32,000 bases of DNA, from the NCBI GenBank assembly GCA_016700375.1, contig CP065016.1, positions 990,001 through 1,022,000 of the forward strand, in the 5' to 3' direction. This stretch comes from Candidatus Saccharimonadota bacterium (GTDB lineage Bacteria; Patescibacteriota; Saccharimonadia; Saccharimonadales; UBA4665). Within the stretch, counting starts at the first letter, position 1. Each line of letters opens with the position of its first letter. Both the position numbers and the translations under genes were made by a program. Under the pieces are notes generated by a model. That model was not told the origin of the DNA. It searched no databases and was given only the letters and a program-made list of their open reading frames with translations. Positions 1-8,657 of the stretch are shown in pieces.

Positions 1-1
1 A

Positions 2-3000
2 TCCAGTGGCAATACCGCCGACCTTGGAAGCCTGCTCGATAACACCGACGCCCAGGCTATCTCTCGCACAGGCAACACTATTTCGATTACCGGTAGTGCA
101 AGCACGATTGACCTCAGCCCGTACCTGGACAATACCGACGCCCAAGCAATCTCAAGGACCGGTAATACCCTTAGCATTACAGGCAACGCCAGTACTGTCG
201 ACTTAGCCAGTTACCTGGATAACACAGACGCCCAGACACTTAGCCTCGCTGGCACAACGCTCACGGTATCTGGCGGTAACAGCATTGACCTTGCCCCCAT
301 AAACACCGACGCCCAGACACTTAGCCTCGCTGGCACAAACCTCTCGGTAAGCGGCGGTAACACAATCAATATTGCGAGCATAAATACCGATGTCCTGGCC
401 GGTCTCAGCTGCGCAACCAACCAAATTGCCAAGTGGAACGGTAGTGCCTGGGCGTGTGCCGCGGATGTGGACACCGTGCTCAATGAGGCTCAAGTGGATG
501 CCTACGCAAACAACAACGGCTACCTGACGAGCGAAGTCGACGGCAGTATTACAAACGAAATTCAATCTCTCTCGCTGGTTGCGGATGTCTTGAGTGTGTC
601 TGGCGGAAATTCCGTGAACCTCGCTTCCTACCTCGACAACACCGACGCACAGACTTTAAGCTGGAACAGTGGTGCTGCCATTTTAACTATTGCCGGAGGT
701 AATACGGCAAACCTAAGCAGCCTACTCGACAACACCGACGCACAAGCTATATCCAAAACAGGCAACACCTTGAGCATTACGGGTAATGCCAGTACCGTTG
801 ACCTGAGCGGCTACCTAGACAACACCGACACACTGGCAAGCCTGAGCTGTAGTAATGGCCAGGTCGCGCAGTGGAACGGCAGTGCCTGGGTGTGTGCGAA
901 TGCCGCGGTCGATACTGACCAGCAAACTCTGTCGCTTGCCAGCAATAATCTAAGTATATCTGGCGGCAATTCGGTTTCGCTCGCCAGCTACCTCGACAAC
1001 ACTGATGCCCAGGCCATCTCGAAAGCGGGTAACGTTCTTTCCATATCTGGTAATGCCAGCACCGTTGATCTTTCGGGCTACCTAGACAACACCGACAGTC
1101 AGGCCCTTTCACTTGGTGGCAACACGCTCTCTCTGGTAAATGGCGGTTCGGTTAACTTGGCAGCTTATCTCGACAACACCGATGTGCTTGCTGGCCTCAG
1201 CTGTTCCAATAACCAAATACCAAAATGGAACGGCAGCGCTTGGACATGTGCCGCCGACGTAGACACGGTGCTCAACGAAGCTCAAGTGGACGCGTACGCT
1301 AACAACAACGGCTACCTCACCAGCGAAGTCGACGGCAGCACGAGTAACGAGCTACAAACGCTTACCTGGAACAGCGGGACGCACATTTTGACTATTAGCA
1401 GCGGCAACACGGCTGACCTTGGAAGTCTGCTCGACAACACCGACGCCCAGGCCATCAGCAAGACGGGTAACACTCTGAGTATCACGGGTAACGCGAGCAC
1501 CGTGGACCTCGCGAGCTACCTCGATAACACAGACTCCCAGACACTTGGCCTCGCTGGTACAACACTTACGGTGTCGGGTGGCAACAGCATTGACCTCGCA
1601 CCTATCAACACCGACAGTCAAAACCTGAGCCTTACGGGGACTACCCTGAATATTTCAGGCGGAACGGGCGTAGATATTGCCAGTATAAACACGGATGTCT
1701 TGGCAGGCCTCAGCTGTAGCACAAACCAAATTGCCAAGTGGAACGGCAGCGCCTGGACCTGCGCGGCAGATGTCGATACGAACACTGATGCTCAAACTCT
1801 CTCGCTTGCCAGCAATAATCTCAGCATACTAAACGGCAACAGCGTTTCACTGGCTGGCTACCTCGACAACACCGATAGTCAAACGCTTAGCTACAACACC
1901 GGCACGCATGTACTGAGCATTTCTGGCGGTAACACACAAGACCTCAGCAATCTGCTAGACAACACCGACGCCCAGGCCATTTCGCGCACCGGCAACACGG
2001 TATCAATCACGGGTAACGCCAGTACCGTAGACCTTACACCGTACCTAGACAACACCGATGTTCTGGCGAGCCTGAGCTGCTCCAACACGCAAATTGCTAA
2101 ATGGAACGGCAGTGCTTGGGCCTGCGCGGCCGATGTTGACACCGTACTCACGGAAGGTCAGGTTGACACCTATGTCAGTAACAATGGCTACCTCACCAGC
2201 GAGGTCGATGGTTCAACATCAAACGAGCTGCAAGACCTGAACCTCAGCAGCAATATCCTCACCATAACCAGTCTTGGTAGCCCGACTAACATCGACCTTG
2301 CTGGATACCTTGATAACACCGATGCCCTGGCGGCTCTCAGCTGCGTAGACGGCAAGATTGTGAAGCGTGTTGCCGGGGTATGGGCCTGCGGCGACGACAC
2401 TGACACTGTGCTGAGCGAAGCCCAGGTCGATACCTATGTGAGTAACAATGGCTACCTCACGAGCGAAGTCGATGGCAGCACGACGAACGAGCTGCAAAAC
2501 GTATTTCAGGCTGTCGTCACGCCTGATGCGAACAATCCGGCTGCCGATAGCACTACCGATAGCCTGACGTTAGCAAATGGCAGTGGTGTGAACATTACGA
2601 GCAACGGCACAACCGATACTATCACCATCGCTGCAACACTTGGTACTTCAATCAGCAACGCGGAAATCGATGACGCAACTTTGACTTTTTCAAAACTCGC
2701 TGCCAATTCCTGCAACAACGGAGAAATCGTCAAGTTCAACGGCTCTGCCTGGGTCTGTGGTACCGACAGTGACACCACTCTTTCAGAGGCGGCAGTTGAA
2801 GCCTATATCTTTGATGCCGACAATACTGGTACGCTCAGCAGTGGGACACTTGCTCTTGGCAGCTTGAGCTACACCGGCACGCTCGGCGACGCAAATATAG
2901 CCGATGCGCTCACCATTAGTTCTGCCGGTTCGGTTGACGACGCCGCATTAAGCAGCAATGTCACAAAACTCGGGCAGACAATTGAGTCCGGCGAAATAAC

Positions 3001-4942
3001 GAACGGTACGATTACTGGTACAGACCTTGCCAGTGCCACAATCCAATTCAGCAACATCGCGCAAAACGGTTGCTCAAGTAACCAAATCATGAAGTGGAAC
3101 GGTAGCGCTTGGGCTTGTGCGGCAGACGCAACTGGGGGGTCTATAAATTCGTTTGAAACCTTTGCAGCCTCTTCAGGTACAAGTCCGGTCGCAGACAGTG
3201 CGACCGATACACTCACCCTTAGCGGAGGCAGCGGCGTCACTATTACCGGAGATGGTACCACCGATACCATTACGGTGGCAGCCACGCTCGGTACTAGCAT
3301 AGACTCTGCCGAAATAGTCGACGGCACTATTGTGAGTGCCGACATTGCAGACGGCACAATCGCTAACACTGACCTAGCAAATTCGAGCGTCACAGTTAGC
3401 GCCGGCACAGGGCTAACAGGCGGTGGCGCGGTATCGCTTGGTGGCACTATCACGCTCAACCTTGCGAACGACTTTGGTGCCAGCATAGACAGCAGTGAAA
3501 TCACCAACGGTACAATTGTGTTTGCCGATGTCGCGGCCAATGGCTGTCTGAACGGCGAAATCTTCAAATACAATGGCAGCGCGTGGATGTGTGGCAGCGA
3601 CTTAGGGCTGACCAGCGAAGTCGATGGCAGCACGACTAACGAGCTGCAAAACCTCTTCCTTACTATTGCGACGCCCGATGCTGGCAACCCTGCAGCCGAC
3701 TCTACTACCGATACATTGACATTTGCCAACGGTAGCGGTGTGAGCATTACCAGTAACGGTACAACCGACACTATTACCGTTGCTGCCACGCTCGGCACCG
3801 ACATAACGAGCAGCGAGATTGCAGACGGAACAATTGCTGCAATAGATCTGGGCAGTGATAGTGTTACGGGTATAAAAATTCTGGATGGCGCAGTGGCGCT
3901 GGCTAAGCTTGCGACCGATAGCGTGAATGGCACGAAGATTGTTGATGGCACGGTCGCCAACGCCGACCTTGCATTTTCGAATGTGACCGTCAGCGCTGGC
4001 ACGGGTCTGACTGGTGGTGGGGCAATAAATTTGGGCGGTACAGTGACGCTCAATTCCAGCATTGGCACCAGCGTCGAAACAGGCGAAATAACCGATGGCA
4101 CCATTGCGGCCGCAGACATAAGTCCAGACGTCCTCGACTTTACCGAATTCAAAGACAGTATGGCCCTTGACGCGACAACAACTATTGCGCTTGGTGCCAA
4201 TGCTTTCAACATCAATCTTGATAGCACGGGTGATTTCGTGGTGCAGGATGCAGGTATTGCTGTCCTGACAGTAAACGATAGCGGCACTCTACTCTTCAAA
4301 AACTCCGCCGACAATGCCAATGCGTTTGTTGTTCAAGATGCCGCAAACTTGCCTATGTTCACGGTTGATACTATCTCGAATACAGTTGAGGTTGGGACAC
4401 TCGTCGATGATGCAGCCGATGTACTGCTTGTACTCGACGGAGTAAGCGGCTCGGATCCAACAGGCATAGCTGGCAGTATATATTACAATATAACAAATAA
4501 TAAATTCCGGTGCTATCAGGGGACCGCATGGGTTGATTGTGTGCCTGCCGCCTATAACGAATACGCATTTGCGGCAGGTCTAGAGACGTGGACCAATATG
4601 CCCGCAGCGGAGACACAGTTCTTGAATACACCTATACGATTACAAGTAGATTTAACTCGTGCCAGTGAGTTTCGGTTCGGCATAAGTCGCATGGCGGGGG
4701 CAGTAACGGCAGGAGCCGATTGTCGCGTCCAATATGCTACGACCCAAACAGGCACGTATGCTAACTTAGACGGAGCTACCGGTCCAGAAGTGGATGTAAG
4801 CGGTACGGCTGAATTGAAAAGTTCAGCCTGGACAGCCGTAACGGGCGCTGCCAAGTCAGACGTATATCTTCGCATAATGTGCAAACAGGGTAACGGCGTA
4901 GATGACCCACAGTTTAGAAATGCCTACATTCAGGTCCGATAA
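2..4942 (+). CDS. Giant repetitive cell-surface protein, C-terminal 1,646 aa (5' end lies outside the window)
   Basis: Frame 2 is open from nt 2. Hand translation of nt 2-466 gives SSGNTADLGSLLDNTDAQAISRTGNTISITG... with no stop, so the GTG listed at 467 is internal. The body is built from reiterated modules: YLDNTD(A/S)Q..(I/L)S..GNTLSI(T/S)G strands, 9 copies of a Cys-pair motif (LSCSxxQIxKWNGSAWxCAxD) and 5 copies of (NGY)LTSEVDGSTxNELQ. A unique Cys-containing C-terminal domain spans nt ~4454-4942. No function can be assigned from sequence alone. Confidence 0.85.
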   Translation, partial: SSGNTADLGSLLDNTDAQAISRTGNTISITGSASTIDLSPYLDNTDAQAISRTGNTLSITGNASTVDLASYLDNTDAQTLSLAGTTLTVSGGNSIDLAPINTDAQTLSLAGTNLSVSGGNTINIASINTDVLAGLSCATNQIAKWNGSAWACAADVDTVLNEAQVDAYANNNGYLTSEVDGSITNEIQSLSLVADVLSVSGGNSVNLASYLDNTDAQTLSWNSGAAILTIAGGNTANLSSLLDNTDAQAISKTGNTLSITGNASTVDLSGYLDNTDTLASLSCSNGQVAQWNGSAWVCANAAVDTDQQTLSLASNNLSISGGNSVSLASYLDNTDAQAISKAGNVLSISGNASTVDLSGYLDNTDSQALSLGGNTLSLVNGGSVNLAAYLDNTDVLAGLSCSNNQIPKWNGSAWTCAADVDTVLNEAQVDAYANNNGYLTSEVDGSTSNELQTLTWNSGTHILTISSGNTADLGSLLDNTDAQAISKTGNTLSITGNASTVDLASYLDNTDSQTLGLAGTTLTVSGGNSIDLAPINTDSQNLSLTGTTLNISGGTGVDIASINTDVLAGLSCSTNQIAKWNGSAWTCAADVDTNTDAQTLSLASNNLSILNGNSVSLAGYLDNTDSQTLSYNTGTHVLSISGGNTQDLSNLLDNTDAQAISRTGNTVSITGNASTVDLTPYLDNTDVLASLSCSNTQIAKWNGSAWACAADVDTVLTEGQVDTYVSNNGYLTSEVDGSTSNELQDLNLSSNILTITSLGSPTNIDLAGYLDNTDALAALSCVDGKIVKRVAGVWACGDDTDTVLSEAQVDTYVSNNGYLTSEVDGSTTNELQNVFQAVVTPDANNPAADSTTDSLTLANGSGVNITSNGTTDTITIAATLGTSISNAEIDDATLTFSKLAANSCNNGEIVKFNGSAWVCGTDSDTTLSEAAVEAYIFDADNTGTLSSGTLALGSLSYTGTLGDANIADALTISSAGSVDDAALSSNVTKLGQTIESGEITNGTITGTDLASATIQFSNIAQNGCSSNQIMKWNGSAWACAADATGGSINSFETFAASSGTSPVADSATDTLTLSGGSGVTITGDGTTDTITVAATLGTSIDSAEIVDGTIVSADIADGTIANTDLANSSVTVSAGTGLTGGGAVSLGGTITLNLANDFGASIDSSEITNGTIVFADVAANGCLNGEIFKYNGSAWMCGSDLGLTSEVDGSTTNELQNLFLTIATPDAGNPAADSTTDTLTFANGSGVSITSNGTTDTITVAATLGTDITSSEIADGTIAAIDLGSDSVTGIKILDGAVALAKLATDSVNGTKIVDGTVANADLAFSNVTVSAGTGLTGGGAINLGGTVTLNSSIGTSVETGEITDGTIAAADISPDVLDFTEFKDSMALDATTTIALGANAFNINLDSTGDFVVQDAGIAVLTVNDSGTLLFKNSADNANAFVVQDAANLPMFTVDTISNTVEVGTLVDDAADVLLVLDGVSGSDPTGIAGSIYYNITNNKFRCYQGTAWVDCVPAAYNEYAFAAGLETWTNMPAAETQFLNTPIRLQVDLTRASEFRFGISRMAGAVTAGADCRVQYATTQTGTYANLDGATGPEVDVSGTAELKSSAWTAVTGAAKSDVYLRIMCKQGNGVDDPQFRNAYIQVR

Positions 4943-5009
4943 CATTGAATTCACCTAGACCATTGCAGTCAATCGCGCTACAATTAACGTAAAGAAAAGT
5001 GAGGAGTAT

Positions 5010-5531
5010 ATGGCAGATACAATGGTAAAAGATGAAGACGAAAATACGAACGAAGTTAAATCAAACAGGGGTCGTTTTAGTATATCAGGTAAAAATGGTC
5101 TTGTAGCGGCTGCGGTAGGCCTTGCGCTTGTAGGGCTGGTAGGTACATTTGTGTTTTACCAGAAGTACCAAGATGTAAAAAGTGATCCGTCAAGCGCGCA
5201 GAAAGCGCAAAACAGTGCAGAAACGAAGCGAGTTCTGGACAAGCTCAAGCAAGTATTACGAATAGACGAGACAGAAGCACCGACCGTTGCACGGGTCGAA
5301 GACCCAGCCAAACTGCAAAAGGCAAACGCCGAGTTTTACAAAAACGTCCAGAAGGGCGACTACCTCGTCATTTTCCCCAAGCGCGCCATCATTTACCGTG
5401 AGTCAAACAACCAGCTCATTAATATCGCGCCCATCATAAACACGAACGGTACCACCACAGAAAACAAGGCGCCAGAAGCCAGCACGAAGACGCCAGCGAC
5501 GACAACCCCCACCAAGACCACCACCCGCTAG
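5010..5531 (+). CDS. Membrane-anchored hypothetical protein with a Thr/Pro-rich C-terminal tail
   Basis: ATG is preceded by GTGAGGAG (SD) at about -10. There is one N-terminal TM segment (LVAAAVGLALVGLVGTFVFY). The C-terminus is TKTPATTTPTKTTTR. Confidence 0.6.
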   Translation: MADTMVKDEDENTNEVKSNRGRFSISGKNGLVAAAVGLALVGLVGTFVFYQKYQDVKSDPSSAQKAQNSAETKRVLDKLKQVLRIDETEAPTVARVEDPAKLQKANAEFYKNVQKGDYLVIFPKRAIIYRESNNQLINIAPIINTNGTTTENKAPEASTKTPATTTPTKTTTR

Positions 5532-5578
5532 GGTTTCCCCTTCATCGTGAGTCAAGTGAGGGATTGCTCCTCAACGGT

Positions 5579-5603
5579 GTCATTCCCGCGTACGCGGGAA
5601 TCC
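5579..5603 (+). repeat. GTCATTCC-type palindromic hairpin repeat
   Basis: gtcATTCCCGCGtaCGCGGGAATcc forms a 9-bp perfect stem. It belongs to the same family as 5676, 22039, 29093 and 29156. Confidence 0.8.
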
Positions 5604-5675
5604 ATGCGCTTGTTCGGTTTTGTCATCCTCAACCTTATCTCGGGCCTGATTGAAAGACATACGCCTTTATGCTCC

Positions 5676-5701
5676 GTCATGCTGAACTAGTTTCAGCATC
5701 C
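5676..5701 (+). repeat. GTCAT-type palindromic hairpin repeat
   Basis: gtcATGCTGAActagtTTCAGCATcc forms an 8-bp stem with the same GTCAT...ATCC frame. Confidence 0.8.
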
Positions 5702-6029
5702 ATACGTCTCTACTATCGTCTGTGTTTTCACTAATCTTCACAGTCTCACTAAACTTTACTTCACATGGCAGTTCTCGGACTGCCAGCCGACTTCCTCTTT
5801 TGCCGGAAAAGAGGAAGCGAGAAACCTCGGCCAGAGCTTCAGCATCTTGGCAGTCAGTTGTTCGTTTCTACAACCAACTCGACAACTCCTCTCAGCTAGT
5901 ATGCCACCGGCATACTAGCTGCTCGTCAAACAAGTCTCGTTGCCTTTCGGAAGTTGTAGAAGCCGACAACAGTCTGGTCAGGAGCTTCCGCATGGCCAAC
6001 ACTAGTTGTATCGCTGGCGCGACAATTTC

Positions 6030-7130
6030 GGCTTAAGTCACATTTCGGGTTGCTGCTAATGCTTACTTTCAACTAAAACGGACAGGCTCGCTGTTCATAG
6101 TATCCTAAGGTTGCAAAACTAATTAGGAGAAAAACTATGAGAGCGAAACGCTGTCCGTTTTTTCATTGTACCAACGTAAAGAAGAATGGTATACGCCGTG
6201 GCTTACAACGCTATGTTTGTGAAGATTGCGGTGCATCATGGCAAAGTAAACCACGACCAGACAGACGTCTAAAAAAACTCTGGCATCAGTATGCATTTGA
6301 TGGCCGAACAGTCCGTGATCTCGCCCGTTCGCATAAGGTCGGTGAGACACGTATACGATCATGTCTCGCTGCATATGTGCCACCAGCTATTGTCCACAAG
6401 CCTCGTGTGGTTGCCGTCGTCATGGATGTCACCTACTTTGATGGCTGGGGTATGTTAGTCGTTATTGACCCTACTGCGAATACAGCCCTGGGCGAGAACA
6501 CTGTCCTCTACTATGCCGTTCTGGAGGGGACAGAGCGAACCAGGGATTATGAGGTCGCAACAGATACACTTGAGTCCTTAGGCTACTGCATCATCATGGC
6601 AACCATTGACGGGCGTAGAGGCGTGAAGACAATGCTAGAAGATCATGCCATACCTGTACAGTACTGTCAGTTTCATCAACTCATGGCTATGACCAGATGC
6701 CTCACTCGTCGACCCAGGCTTGCGCAGAACGTTGCACTGAGACACATAGCACTTACCCTCACGAGAACTGACATCACCACGTTTGCAGCTGCCTTGGCGG
6801 ATTGGTACGAACAGTACGGCTCATGGCTCAAAGAGCGAGATGACATAACAGGAAGATACGCTCATGAACGTACCAGGCGAGCCTACTTCAGCCTCGTCCG
6901 CAACCTGGACAATTTGTTTACCTACCAGCACGACTACATGCAAGCGTACCAACGAGATACTGGCAAGAACCCAGCCAATACCACCAACGCATTAGAAGGT
7001 AGATTTGGTGTCTGGAAAGACAGGCTAACCGCACACAGAGGAACCTCAAAACAGCGTACAATTACAATCCTCCGTAGTTTCTTCTCTGAGAGAACAGATT
7101 AACTGAGCCACCCGAAATGTGACTTAAGCC
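6030..7130 (+). mobile_element. Intact insertion sequence, IS1/IS1595-like (1,101 bp)
   Basis: Perfect 21-bp terminal inverted repeats: GGCTTAAGTCACATTTCGGGT at 6030-6050 and its reverse complement at 7110-7130. These are flanked by an 8-bp direct repeat ACAATTTC (6022-6029 and 7131-7138). A single transposase ORF lies inside. Confidence 0.9.
6137..7102 (+). CDS. DDE transposase with N-terminal zinc ribbon (IS1/IS1595-like)
   Basis: SD AGGAG lies upstream. The N-terminus CPFFHCTNVKKNGIRRGLQRYVCEDCGASW matches the CxxC...NG...QRYxCxxC zinc-ribbon pattern of IS1 InsA and IS1595-type transposases. Candidate catalytic residues are D in VVMDVTYF, D in ATIDGRRG and E in TNALEGRFGVWK (E-x6-K). Family placement between IS1 and IS1595 is not resolved. 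Confidence 0.8.
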   Translation: MRAKRCPFFHCTNVKKNGIRRGLQRYVCEDCGASWQSKPRPDRRLKKLWHQYAFDGRTVRDLARSHKVGETRIRSCLAAYVPPAIVHKPRVVAVVMDVTYFDGWGMLVVIDPTANTALGENTVLYYAVLEGTERTRDYEVATDTLESLGYCIIMATIDGRRGVKTMLEDHAIPVQYCQFHQLMAMTRCLTRRPRLAQNVALRHIALTLTRTDITTFAAALADWYEQYGSWLKERDDITGRYAHERTRRAYFSLVRNLDNLFTYQHDYMQAYQRDTGKNPANTTNALEGRFGVWKDRLTAHRGTSKQRTITILRSFFSERTD

Positions 7131-7228
7131 ACAATTTCTATGCGGCCTGCGGCCGCATTCTTATTTCGTATCTCTTAACTCTGACCTCTCTCCTTAACTC
7201 AAACTCCCCAAACAGGTATACTGTAAGC

Positions 7229-8026
7229 ATGAAAATCCTCTACGTGGGCGATGTTATGGCCGAAATGGGTATGCGGGCAGTTGAGAAAATGTTGCCGGGT
7301 TTGGTACGTAGTGAGGGCATAGACTTTGTGGTGGCGCAGGCAGAAAACGTTACAGAGGGGAAGGGCATGTCGCCAGAAGACATGGCGCGCCTGCAAGCTG
7401 CTGGCGTGCAGGCATTTTCGGGCGGGAACCATTCATTTACAGATGAGCGTTTAACTTCATTTCTCGAAGACCCGCAGCAGCCAGTGGTCGGTCCGGCCAA
7501 TATGGTTGGTTGCCCAGGGCCGGGCTATAAGCTCGTTGATTCGCCCAAAAGTATAGTTCTGGTGGTGAGTATACTTGGTAGCATAGTCGGTAAGCAGGCC
7601 GAAGTAGAGACAGAAAATCCGTTGAAGAAAATCGACGAAATCCTCGCGGCTGTTCCCCGCGAATCATACGCCGCCAGCGTTGTGAACCTACACGGTGATT
7701 TTAGTAGCGAGAAAATTGTGTTTGGCCACTACCTCGATGGCCGCGTGAGCATGGTGGTTGGTGACCACTGGCATGTGCCGACGGCGGACGCACAGGTGCT
7801 CCCGAAGGGCACGGCACACATAACCGACGTTGGTATGTGTGGCTCGCTGGACTCTTCCCTGGGCGTAACATTCGACAGCATAATACCGCGTTGGCGCGAC
7901 GGCTACCAAACGCGAAATGAACTTGAGACATCCGGCCGTATGCAGTTCTGCGCCCTGCTCGCCGAAATAGACGATTCCACCGGTCGCGCTGTACACGTCC
8001 GCCACATTCGCGAGGTGTGGGAATAA
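7229..8026 (+). CDS. ymdB: YmdB-like metallophosphoesterase (2',3'-cyclic-nucleotide phosphodiesterase family)
   Basis: MKILYVGDV..., AENVTEGKG, GGNH and HGDFSSEKIVFGHYLDGRVSMVVGDHWHVPTADAQVLPKGTAHITDVGMCG closely parallel the B. subtilis YmdB motifs as recalled from memory. TATACT at 7217-7222 lies 6 nt before the ATG, so the gene is probably leaderless. Confidence 0.8.
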   Translation: MKILYVGDVMAEMGMRAVEKMLPGLVRSEGIDFVVAQAENVTEGKGMSPEDMARLQAAGVQAFSGGNHSFTDERLTSFLEDPQQPVVGPANMVGCPGPGYKLVDSPKSIVLVVSILGSIVGKQAEVETENPLKKIDEILAAVPRESYAASVVNLHGDFSSEKIVFGHYLDGRVSMVVGDHWHVPTADAQVLPKGTAHITDVGMCGSLDSSLGVTFDSIIPRWRDGYQTRNELETSGRMQFCALLAEIDDSTGRAVHVRHIREVWE

Positions 8027-8643
8027 TGAAGCAAAAGAAAAAGGTGCATAATTCAATCCTGAAAATCCTGGGCGGAACAGGCTATTTTACTGTGTTTATG
8101 GAATGGTTTTGGCTGCTTGCGCTGTATTTACCGGGATTTTTTGACTCTGAGCTTGGCAAGACAATCTTTCCAAAGAATGTACCGGTAGAAGAGCTTCGTC
8201 CTGTTACGACAGTAGCGGCGCAAGAGCCATCCATACTTTTATTGATTGGAACCATATTATTGGCAGCGGTTATTATAGGTGCAGTTTTCTATGTGGTGTT
8301 TGCCAAATACATCCCCGCCGCAGCAAAAGTTACCAATAAAGTAGTGCATGTGGCCGCAGAAAGGGCGGTTCCTGTGGTTGCTCATAAACCAGTTGAAAAA
8401 ATCCCTGCCCGTAAACGAAAACTGCTCACCGAACGTGTGTTGTTTTGGGTGAAAATGATATTAGCGCTGACGCCGCTCGGCATAGTGTTTATTGCTCGCA
8501 TAAACCAGAATAACGTCGAGACCCAAATAATTATTCTTGGCTTTGCCTTCCTCTCTGTGGCGGCTCTCATGTGTTTTGTGTGCCAAACCTGGTTGTTGCG
8601 CAGATGGCGAATCCCCGAAAAAGGCCGTCTCTCTAAACGTTAA
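8026..8643 (+). CDS. Polytopic membrane protein, unknown function
   Basis: The ATG at 8026 overlaps the ymdB stop (TAATG). The GTG at 8017 given in the ORF track is less likely. There are 4-5 predicted hydrophobic helices. Confidence 0.6.
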   Translation: MKQKKKVHNSILKILGGTGYFTVFMEWFWLLALYLPGFFDSELGKTIFPKNVPVEELRPVTTVAAQEPSILLLIGTILLAAVIIGAVFYVVFAKYIPAAAKVTNKVVHVAAERAVPVVAHKPVEKIPARKRKLLTERVLFWVKMILALTPLGIVFIARINQNNVETQIIILGFAFLSVAALMCFVCQTWLLRRWRIPEKGRLSKR

Positions 8644-8657
8644 ATCTACGTCTTACA

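Noticed and set aside
2869-4320. A 483-aa ORF on the minus strand inside the giant surface-protein gene, plus several shorter antisense ORFs between 203 and 4884.
   Set aside because: These are mirror images of the repetitive sense frame. Their composition is low-complexity (S/V/P/A-rich), with no SD or promoter. The sense frame shows protein-level conservation between repeats.
5975-5999. GGTCAGGAGCTTCCGCATGGCC looked like SRP RNA domain IV (GGUCAGGUCC-GGAA-GGAAGC).
   Set aside because: The motif recurs at 24449 and, in degenerate form, at 21905. It lacks the GNRA loop and the conserved symmetric/asymmetric loops, and no flanking SRP helices could be formed.
5722-6036. A 104-aa ORF in the spacer upstream of the IS.
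   Set aside because: It runs through long perfect hairpins and into the IS terminal repeat. It has a non-ATG start and no SD, and the region looks non-coding.
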